This document shows positions 36,573-44,251 of a stretch of DNA of 64,000 bases, piece by piece; position 1 is the first letter of the stretch, and every line of letters begins with the position of its first letter. Position numbers and translations under genes: made by a program. The notes below the pieces were generated by a model. That model saw nothing but the letters and a program-made list of their open reading frames with translations, was not told where the DNA came from and searched no databases. This DNA is from Fidelibacterota bacterium (GTDB lineage Bacteria; Fidelibacterota; Marinisomatia; Marinisomatales; JACNKV01), in assembly GCA_014381855.1 (NCBI GenBank), contig JACNKV010000115.1:7886-71885 (forward strand). Direction: 5' to 3'.

Positions 36573-37712
36573 CTATAAATCTACTTTCCGGAAAATGGGT
36601 TTCAATTTTGAGATGCCATACAAATTCTCAAATAATATTTTTTCTTCTTTAGATAGCTTATCAGGAGTTTTTATCTGTATTCGCACGAGTTGGTCACCTC
36701 GTTGGCTTCCACGAAGTTTTGGGTATCCTTTTCCCTTCATACGAAGAATCTGTCCCGATTGTATTCCTTTGGGAATGGATAATTTAGCTTTTCCCTCAAT
36801 GGTAGGGATTTCAATCGAGTCACCTAACGCAGCTTGCGAAAACGAGATAACGGTTTCAATAAATACATCTTCTCCGTGTCGAGTAAAATATGAATGGTCT
36901 TTTTCTTCAATAAAGACTAACAAGTCTCCGGGGTGAACTCCTTTGCCTCCTTTATTTCCTTGACCTTCTAATGTCATGTAATTTCCCGAGGCGACACCTT
37001 TGGGTACTTTTATCGTAATATTTGCAGATTTCCGAGTAATACCGTTTCCGCTACAATCTCTACATGGATTTTCAATGATGGTTCCTTCCCCATGACAAAT
37101 AGGGCATTCACTCACGACGACAGATTGTCCAAAAAATGTTTGTGTTGCACGACGAACTTGTCCACTTCCTCCACAGTGCCTGCAGCGAGAAGGTGATGCT
37201 CCTTCTCTTACACCGCTACCTTGACAGGTGGTACAAGTCTCATTCCGGTGAATTCGAATTTTCTTCTCGGTACCATTCAAAATTTCTATCGGTTCTAATT
37301 TTATTGAAACACGTAAATCCTTTGCTTTTCTGGCGTATCCCTTCGACCGTGATCCTCCTCCTCCGCCAAAGATGTCCTGAAATGGATTATGTCCACCAAA
37401 GATATCACCAAACTGGTTAAAAATGTCATCCATGGACATGTGTATCCCGCCGCCAAATCCTTGTGCTCCTGCCCCGCCCGCGGCATCACCCATGCCAACA
37501 CCCGCATGACCAAATTGATCATACCGAGCTCGTTTCTTTTCATCCCTTAGAACGGCGTAAGCTTCTGCGGCTTCTTTGAACTTTTGTTCGGCTTTTGTAT
37601 CACCGGGATTTCTATCAGGGTGATGTTTCATCGCGATTTTTCGATACGCTTTTTTTATAGTACCTTTAGAATCACTCTTATTGACTCCGATAATGTCATA
37701 TAAATCTCTCAT
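36573..37712 (-). CDS. dnaJ: molecular chaperone DnaJ
   Basis: 379 aa. J domain with HPDRNP, a G/F-rich region and four CxxCxGxG zinc-finger repeats. Confidence 0.95.
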   Translation of the reverse strand: MRDLYDIIGVNKSDSKGTIKKAYRKIAMKHHPDRNPGDTKAEQKFKEAAEAYAVLRDEKKRARYDQFGHAGVGMGDAAGGAGAQGFGGGIHMSMDDIFNQFGDIFGGHNPFQDIFGGGGGSRSKGYARKAKDLRVSIKLEPIEILNGTEKKIRIHRNETCTTCQGSGVREGASPSRCRHCGGSGQVRRATQTFFGQSVVVSECPICHGEGTIIENPCRDCSGNGITRKSANITIKVPKGVASGNYMTLEGQGNKGGKGVHPGDLLVFIEEKDHSYFTRHGEDVFIETVISFSQAALGDSIEIPTIEGKAKLSIPKGIQSGQILRMKGKGYPKLRGSQRGDQLVRIQIKTPDKLSKEEKILFENLYGISKLKPIFRKVDL

Positions 37713-38263
37713 ATCTTATTCACTATCACCTTTGCATGCCTAAGTACACGATCTTTATATCGGTAGCCTTTTTCAAAAACTTCAAGTATTTCTTCGTCAT
37801 GCTTTCCTTCTTCAGTTTTTACCATCATTGCATTATGATATTCCGCGTCTAACATGTCACCCGGTTCCCCAAAGGATTCGACATCAATCGCCTGAAGATA
37901 TTTTTTAAGTTTTGACTGTATAAGCTCAACTCCCTTTTTTAATGATTCCCTACTCTCGTCTTTGTGAGTGTCCCATACCCCTATCATTCTTTCAAAATCG
38001 TCGACGATTGGGAGTAGCCCTTCTATGATATTTTCTCCTTCATATCTCAGCATTCTTTGAATCTCTTTTTCCTTACGGCGTCTAAAGTTATCAAACTCTG
38101 CTTTTAGACGTAAATGCTTATCTTCTAATGTCGTGTGAGTTAGTAATAATTCTTTAAGAAGTTTTGTGTCCTTTGCAGAACTTATTTTTTTGGAAACTTT
38201 TTTTGCGGTTTTTTTTACCGAAGTTTTTTGTTTTGTTCTTTTATTTTTATTGTCAGCAGACAT
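37709..38263 (-). CDS. grpE: nucleotide exchange factor GrpE
   Basis: 184 aa. LRLKAEFDNFRRR and C-terminal GYRYKDRVLRHAKV motifs. ATGA overlap with dnaJ. Confidence 0.9.
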   Translation of the reverse strand: MSADNKNKRTKQKTSVKKTAKKVSKKISSAKDTKLLKELLLTHTTLEDKHLRLKAEFDNFRRRKEKEIQRMLRYEGENIIEGLLPIVDDFERMIGVWDTHKDESRESLKKGVELIQSKLKKYLQAIDVESFGEPGDMLDAEYHNAMMVKTEEGKHDEEILEVFEKGYRYKDRVLRHAKVIVNKI

Positions 38264-39284
38264 GAGGAATAATCTCCGAAAATTTTTCTAATATTGTTTT
38301 GATATTTTTATATGGAATTCTTGTGGGACCCAATACAGCTAATTGCCCTACAAGATATTCGCTTTGAAAACCTGTAGATAAAACAGAAAATTGTTTAAAA
38401 GCGTTATCTGAGTTTTCTCTTCCAATGATCATGGTTTCTTTTGATTGATTGCCGTGAGACATTAACATCCGTTTAATTTTCTGTTTTTCCAACGTATGTA
38501 AGGTCGCCTTAATAATGTCTATTTGTTGAAATTCAGGTTGCATCAACAAAAATTGGTTCGTCGAAGTAAAAATAAGATTATTTGCGGGAAGAGTAAAATA
38601 TTCTTTCGATTGACGAATTAATATTTGAACAATCTCATGATTATAAATCGTGGTATCATGGAGACGTTCTCGTACAGTCGCTTGTATTTCCTCCAACGTA
38701 TGTCCGGTTAATTGTTCATTTAGAATTTGGTTAATGTACCGTAAATCATCCTGTCGTATACTGATTTTCAGATTAAAAACCATGGATCGGACAATCCCTG
38801 ACTCCATGGCGAGAACAACCATAATTCGGTCAGAAGATAAGGAAATAAACTCTATATCTTTTAAGATTCCACGTTGGATCTGAGAGACGAGCACCACACC
38901 AAAAAATTGACTGGCTTTGGCTAACATCGTTGCAGTTGCCTGCATAAGATCTTCGATATTAGAAGAGAGAGTTTTTAATACGGATGACCATTTTTCCACA
39001 TCCCCAAGATTAGATGAAGACGTATCCATCAGACAATCCACATAATATCGATAACCTAGGTCCGTCGGTATTCGTCCGGAAGATGTATGCGGCTGCATAA
39101 CTAAACCCTTTGATTCCAAAACGGAAAGAGTGTTCCGAATAGTTGCAGGACTAATATTAAATCTATGGTGTTTTTTAAGATACGATGAGCCGATGGGCCG
39201 GTTTGTAACAATAAATTCCTCAACAGTAAATTTGAGTATCGTCGTCTCTCTCTCAGTCAAATGGATGTTTTTATTATGAATCAT
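38253..39284 (-). CDS. hrcA: heat-inducible transcription repressor HrcA
   Basis: 343 aa. N-terminal winged helix (PIGSSYL...SPATIRN...LESKGL...PHTSSGRIPT) and the position upstream of grpE-dnaJ. Confidence 0.9.
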   Translation of the reverse strand: MIHNKNIHLTERETTILKFTVEEFIVTNRPIGSSYLKKHHRFNISPATIRNTLSVLESKGLVMQPHTSSGRIPTDLGYRYYVDCLMDTSSSNLGDVEKWSSVLKTLSSNIEDLMQATATMLAKASQFFGVVLVSQIQRGILKDIEFISLSSDRIMVVLAMESGIVRSMVFNLKISIRQDDLRYINQILNEQLTGHTLEEIQATVRERLHDTTIYNHEIVQILIRQSKEYFTLPANNLIFTSTNQFLLMQPEFQQIDIIKATLHTLEKQKIKRMLMSHGNQSKETMIIGRENSDNAFKQFSVLSTGFQSEYLVGQLAVLGPTRIPYKNIKTILEKFSEIIPHVC

Positions 39285-39372
39285 AGTGTAAAAATTAATT
39301 CGTTTAGTTTTTCCATGTCAATAATTGAATGCGTGTATTTTATCCTTTGGAGAATATTTTCAAAGATCAAGT

Positions 39373-40236
39373 TCAAATAATCTTAGATACGGCTCTGTAA
39401 CTGCCAATCAAAGAGATTACTACAGATATCCCGATAAGCCAAAATGTTGTGGTGTGTTGATAATTAATTTGGAAAGTAATAATCTTATTTATATAAAGGT
39501 TTCCGGTATGAACTAATCCAATTAGTGTTCCTGTGGCAAGCAGGGCTCCAAATAATCCATGGAACATTCCTTCTAATAGAAACGGTGTTTTAATAAACAG
39601 ATTAGTTGCTCCAATTAATTTTAATGTCTTAATCATTTCCGTTCTTGCATAGATCGTAAGCCGTATTGTGCTTGAAATAATAAAAATTGTAATTACGATT
39701 ATAACACCTGCTACAATAATAAATGCATTTAAAAACTTTTGATAAAATCGTTCTATTCTCTGAATAAGCCTTCCTTGATATTTTACGGTATCAATTCCGG
39801 ATATATTCTTAATGGATCGTATAATAGGTTCAACACTGAATTCTTCTTGACCTGTATCAATGATATTCACGACAGCGCTGGATGGGAGAGGATTGTACCC
39901 TAGCATTTCATGAATATCCTCCTCAAACTGATCTTTAAAGATCCTAATTGCATCATTGGACGAAATATAGGTAGCATTACGTACTCCCGAAATATTTCGA
40001 ATTTCATTCAGAATCATTTTTGATTCTTTGTCACCCATTTCCTTTTTAAAAAATACTTCGATTTTATATTTTGAGCGCAAATATTTAATGAGAGAATTCG
40101 AATTATCAATCGTAATAAACAAGCTGCCAATAATCATGAGGGTTAAAAACACAGAAGTCACCGATGTAAATACCGTCAGCTTGTGCCGCCATACATTTTT
40201 TAAGCCTTCAAGGATTAAAAACGCTAACTTATTCAT
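39373..40236 (-). CDS. ftsX: cell division permease-like protein FtsX
   Basis: 287 aa with four TM segments, N-terminal LKNVWRHKL, and a position downstream of ftsE with a 4-nt overlap. Confidence 0.85.
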   Translation of the reverse strand: MNKLAFLILEGLKNVWRHKLTVFTSVTSVFLTLMIIGSLFITIDNSNSLIKYLRSKYKIEVFFKKEMGDKESKMILNEIRNISGVRNATYISSNDAIRIFKDQFEEDIHEMLGYNPLPSSAVVNIIDTGQEEFSVEPIIRSIKNISGIDTVKYQGRLIQRIERFYQKFLNAFIIVAGVIIVITIFIISSTIRLTIYARTEMIKTLKLIGATNLFIKTPFLLEGMFHGLFGALLATGTLIGLVHTGNLYINKIITFQINYQHTTTFWLIGISVVISLIGSYRAVSKII

Positions 40237-40889
40237 AGTCCGTTTCTTAATTTCCCCTCATGGATTTCCATAATTCGGTGTCCACGGCCTTTGATTAAGT
40301 TGTAATTATGTGATGCCATAAAGATAGACGTTCCCTCCTGATTTATTTTCTCTAAGAGTTTAATCAGTTCAAAAGCAGCTATGGGATCTAAATTCCCGGT
40401 AGGCTCATCTGCCAAAATAATTTCCGGCTCTTTTACAAGAGCACGCGCCAAACAAGCGCGTTGTTGCTCTCCACCGGAAAGTTCATTCGGTTTTCGATCT
40501 TCTTTTCCATCAAGACCAACTTCGTATAAAACATCCATAACCCGATCTTCCAGTTCAGCGCTGTCAATTCCAACGATGTGCAGTGCTAACGCCACGTTAT
40601 CGAAAAGTGTTCGATCCGTGAGAAGGTGATAATCCTGAAATACCATCCCAATATTTCTTCTCAGGTGTGGAATTTTTCTACGTTTTATTTTATTCGAATG
40701 ATACCCATTCACGGTAACAATACCGGACTCAGGGAATAAATCCATGTAGATTAATCGCATAATGGTCGTTTTGCCAGAACCCGTGGGACCAATTAAAAAT
40801 GCAAAGTCTTCAGCATCAATTTGCAGGTCAGCATTGTAAATACCACTTTCACGATTATGGGAATAGGAGACGTTTTTGAACGAAATCAT
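40233..40889 (-). CDS. ftsE: cell division ATP-binding protein FtsE
   Basis: 218 aa. Walker A GPTGSGKTT, signature LSGGEQQR and Walker B ILADEPTGNLD. Confidence 0.9.
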   Translation of the reverse strand: MISFKNVSYSHNRESGIYNADLQIDAEDFAFLIGPTGSGKTTIMRLIYMDLFPESGIVTVNGYHSNKIKRRKIPHLRRNIGMVFQDYHLLTDRTLFDNVALALHIVGIDSAELEDRVMDVLYEVGLDGKEDRKPNELSGGEQQRACLARALVKEPEIILADEPTGNLDPIAAFELIKLLEKINQEGTSIFMASHNYNLIKGRGHRIMEIHEGKLRNGL

Positions 40890-40997
40890 GGTTGGAAATT
40901 ACCGACAATATGCCATGTATTCAATCACATAGGCAAATTTTTTGTCGTCGTTTTATCCTCGTATTTTTTGATTATACAGCTTTAGAAATGAAAAAGA

Positions 40998-41918
40998 TTA
41001 ACGGAATAACAGAATTATGAAGAAAACATAGCCGGTAATTAATCCGATAGAACTTATTCTGGAGATTGGTTGCTTCATTAATCCCAATGGAATCAAAACA
41101 AGGCCATATCCAACCATAAATGGGATTTCGAGATGAAGTATGTTCGTTGGTGAATCTAATGGATGAATTATTGCAACAATTCCGAGTACGGATAAAATAT
41201 TGAATAAATTTGACCCTACAATATTCCCGACCGAAATCGCACTTTCTTTACGAAATGCAGCAATCACAGAAGTGGCCAATTCCGGAAGAGAAGTCCCGAA
41301 AGCAACCACACTCATTCCAATGACAGCCTCACTTACACCTAGCTTTGTAGCAATACCAATCGCTCCGTCAACGAAATAATCCGCCCCAAAATATAACGTA
41401 ATACATCCAAGGATAAATGTTGCTGCTATCCACATGATGGATGTTTTTGTGCTCTCAACGGAATCTACTTTCCCTGATGGATGTGAAATACACATCCAAG
41501 TATAGGCGATGATGCCGGCAAAAAGAAGAATACCCTCTCCACGTGAAATTAATCCGTTCATGATAAAATAAATAAAAATAACGGTGACCCCCAGATAGAT
41601 GAACACATCCCTGCGTGAACGCTCAAAATGTATCGTCACCGGAAATATCAATGAACTTAATCCAAGCACCAATCCAACATTTGCGACGTTAGAACCGATG
41701 ACATTGCCGATAGCAATGGTAGATGACCCTGAGATTGCGGCTTTAAGACTCACAACAAGTTCAGGAAGTGATGTCCCAAATGCAACGACTGTCAACCCGA
41801 CAACAAGTGGAGATAATCTGAATTTTTCAGAAAGTGAAACAGAACTTTTTACAATCCATTCTGCTCCATAATACAGAAGAATCGTCCCGATTGTTAAATA
41901 AAAAAGACTACCCAACAT
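40998..41918 (-). CDS. Ca2+/Na+ antiporter (CaCA/YrbG family)
   Basis: 306 aa, about 10 TM, with alpha-repeats GNVIGSNVANVGLVLG and GNIVGSNLFNILSVLG. Confidence 0.85.
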   Translation of the reverse strand: MLGSLFYLTIGTILLYYGAEWIVKSSVSLSEKFRLSPLVVGLTVVAFGTSLPELVVSLKAAISGSSTIAIGNVIGSNVANVGLVLGLSSLIFPVTIHFERSRRDVFIYLGVTVIFIYFIMNGLISRGEGILLFAGIIAYTWMCISHPSGKVDSVESTKTSIMWIAATFILGCITLYFGADYFVDGAIGIATKLGVSEAVIGMSVVAFGTSLPELATSVIAAFRKESAISVGNIVGSNLFNILSVLGIVAIIHPLDSPTNILHLEIPFMVGYGLVLIPLGLMKQPISRISSIGLITGYVFFIILLFR

Positions 41919-42504
41919 CAGGGATATATAAATTGTAATTATTGATATATTCCCAGACAGGCTGTGTCACCATATACCGGATGGTTTTGTTTTCCCGCCA
42001 GCGATTTCGAATGTTCGTTGATGAAATTTCGAATCGTGGTATGTTAGCAAATTGAATATGATGGAGTATCCATCCCGGGATAGCACTGGGTTTAAATCCC
42101 GGGCGAATGGCAACAATGACCTTACATTCTTTTAAAATTGTTTTAGGATCTTTCCATGTATGAAAATCCATTAGCGTATCACTCCCGATAAGGAAGTAAA
42201 TATCGTTTTTCTCTATTTTATATTTCTTTTTAACCGCTTTGATTGTGTCAATTGAGTAAGAAACTCCTCCCCTTTCTATCTCTATATTACATAATTCAAA
42301 ATGCGGATTTTCATTAATAGCAGATCTCAACATACTCACACGATGACTGACCGGCGTAATGTTCTTGTCATTTTTATGCGGCGGTGCATTTGCAGGGATG
42401 AAAAGAATTTTTTCAAAATTCTCCGCTTCACAAATAGTTTGAGCAATTAATAAATGTCCAACGTGGGGTGGATCAAATGTTCCGCCAAACAGACATATCT
42501 TCAT
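41908..42504 (-). CDS. nadD: nicotinate-nucleotide adenylyltransferase
   Basis: 198 aa. GGTFDPPHVGHL and ISSTNIR motifs. Confidence 0.9.
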   Translation of the reverse strand: MKICLFGGTFDPPHVGHLLIAQTICEAENFEKILFIPANAPPHKNDKNITPVSHRVSMLRSAINENPHFELCNIEIERGGVSYSIDTIKAVKKKYKIEKNDIYFLIGSDTLMDFHTWKDPKTILKECKVIVAIRPGFKPSAIPGWILHHIQFANIPRFEISSTNIRNRWRENKTIRYMVTQPVWEYINNYNLYIPDVG

Positions 42505-43256
42505 TTTGATTTCCTATTTAATTCGTTTTCAGTCTCGGATAAAAGTGTTTCTAATTGCTTTTGGTTCTTCGTCGTGAGTTGATTACGAATTGAATCAAAA
42601 TAGTCTTTGGCGGAAGAAATATCGGATAACTTACAATAGGATTCTACAATTTTAACTTGGGTTTTCTCTACCAGCGATGTATCATAATATTTAGACAGGA
42701 TTTCTTCAAAGGCAAGAATGGCGGAATCAAATGCACCAAGTTTAATATACAATATCCCGGTTTCATATACTTTCTTCCCAAGTTTTTCACGCAAATCCAT
42801 GATTGTTTTCTGAGCTGAATGACGGAATTCCGAATCGGGATAATCCTCCATAAACTCCTGAAGTTTATCAATTGCATTTTCGGTGTAAGACTGATCATGA
42901 AAATATTTCGGTGATTCATATACAAAAGATTCACAAATGCGCCATCTTGCTTTTTCTACATACGGACTGAACCCCATCCTTCTGGTTAATCGGTCAAACT
43001 CTGAGATAGCCAACAGATATTCATCATTTAGAAAATAGGATTCTCCGAGATAAAACAACACATCATCACCTAAATCAGTATGAGATGCTTTTAATACTAA
43101 TGATTGAAATACCTCTTGAGCTTTTAAATACTTTTCCTTCTCCAGTAAGGATTTTCCATAGTCAAATTGTGCAGGGAAATCATCATCTTTTGGACGATTC
43201 CCGGCGCAACCAATTATGAAGATGCTTATAAGCCCGATTAACATTACTTTTTTCAT
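42501..43256 (-). CDS. bamD: outer membrane protein assembly factor BamD-like TPR lipoprotein
   Basis: 251 aa. Lipobox FIIGC, TPR-like repeats throughout, and size and layout typical of BamD/YfiO. Confidence 0.65.
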   Translation of the reverse strand: MKKVMLIGLISIFIIGCAGNRPKDDDFPAQFDYGKSLLEKEKYLKAQEVFQSLVLKASHTDLGDDVLFYLGESYFLNDEYLLAISEFDRLTRRMGFSPYVEKARWRICESFVYESPKYFHDQSYTENAIDKLQEFMEDYPDSEFRHSAQKTIMDLREKLGKKVYETGILYIKLGAFDSAILAFEEILSKYYDTSLVEKTQVKIVESYCKLSDISSAKDYFDSIRNQLTTKNQKQLETLLSETENELNRKSK

Positions 43257-43311
43257 TGAATTTTCCTTTATTGCATTTTGATATTGCTTAATTAATGGTT
43301 TCGGAAATATT

Positions 43312-44223
43312 TTACCATATCATTGAAAAAGAAATACCACCAATTCCATAAGGTGCTGATTTGTTGTACATTAACCCAACAGATGTATCGTATTCTTTTT
43401 CTTTCTTATTCTCTCCTGCCGTCCATACAGCTTCCAACCCACTAATAACATGGTTAAACATAATCGCACTCACGGCATACGTTGCCATATTTAAATAGGT
43501 ATTCGCTTCATATCTTTGATTAAGATAGTCTTCTTTATGTTTTGTCATTACAACAATTTTTTGGCCATCTTCAATTTCTTTATTTTCCTTCCACCATAGT
43601 GCATACGTAGAGTCCCCAATTGTTTCCCATGTATCATCCCAGCCGGCGACGAATTTATCATATTTCCCGATATTTTCATAAAAGTCTCTGTTCCGTAACA
43701 CGGTGGCATTTTCTAAGAACGTCAGTCCATCCGGTGTCGCAAGCGTATCTGAGGGGAAATAGATTCCATCATAAATAATCGTCAGGTCATGAGATCCGCC
43801 CCCAATACTTATATCACGCAAGGTTGTATCTAAAAGTGCTTCAGCTTCAAACAAAACTGTACCGGTAACCCAGTTCTCTAAATCCCAGTAGTCGTCGGCA
43901 AAAGCTTCATAGTTTAAGCGTAAGTCTTCCGCTTTTAGATTCCACTGCCACCAACCAACGATTCCTGCAATTTCAATTCCGGCAAAAAGTGTTGGTTTCC
44001 ACCAAGAATCGTTGTTATACACTTGCCCCCACCCCGGGATGACCAACGAGCGAACCATTGCCTGTGCCGGATAGGATTTCTCTTTTTGATCTGTCGAATC
44101 TTCATCAGTATTTGCAAAATAAGAAACATCATACTTCATTTCAAAACGATTGTCATAAGACGAGAGGATATCCTTTCCAAATCCAAAAGATAAGATTAAA
44201 ATTATGCTCAATAGTGTTTTCAT
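43312..44223 (-). CDS. DUF5683-like outer-envelope protein
   Basis: The start was moved to ATG 44223 (MKTLLSIILILSFGFG signal peptide, AAGGAGA RBS upstream). This removes a 68-nt overlap with the upstream gene. VIPGWGQVYNNDSWWKPTLFAG resembles the DUF5683 PGxGQxYN motif. Confidence 0.5.
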   Translation of the reverse strand: MKTLLSIILILSFGFGKDILSSYDNRFEMKYDVSYFANTDEDSTDQKEKSYPAQAMVRSLVIPGWGQVYNNDSWWKPTLFAGIEIAGIVGWWQWNLKAEDLRLNYEAFADDYWDLENWVTGTVLFEAEALLDTTLRDISIGGGSHDLTIIYDGIYFPSDTLATPDGLTFLENATVLRNRDFYENIGKYDKFVAGWDDTWETIGDSTYALWWKENKEIEDGQKIVVMTKHKEDYLNQRYEANTYLNMATYAVSAIMFNHVISGLEAVWTAGENKKEKEYDTSVGLMYNKSAPYGIGGISFSMIW

Positions 44224-44251
44224 TATTTTTCTCCTTAATGATTCAATATTT

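Noticed and set aside
39285-39372. A CIRCE operator upstream of hrcA.
   Set aside because: No TTAGCACTC-N9-GAGTGCTAA-like inverted repeat was visible by eye. This is recorded as an absence to verify, not as a feature.
39325-39516. 63-aa plus-strand ORF spanning the hrcA-ftsX junction.
   Set aside because: Most of it is antisense to the ftsX 3' end. It has no RBS or motif and is probably spurious.
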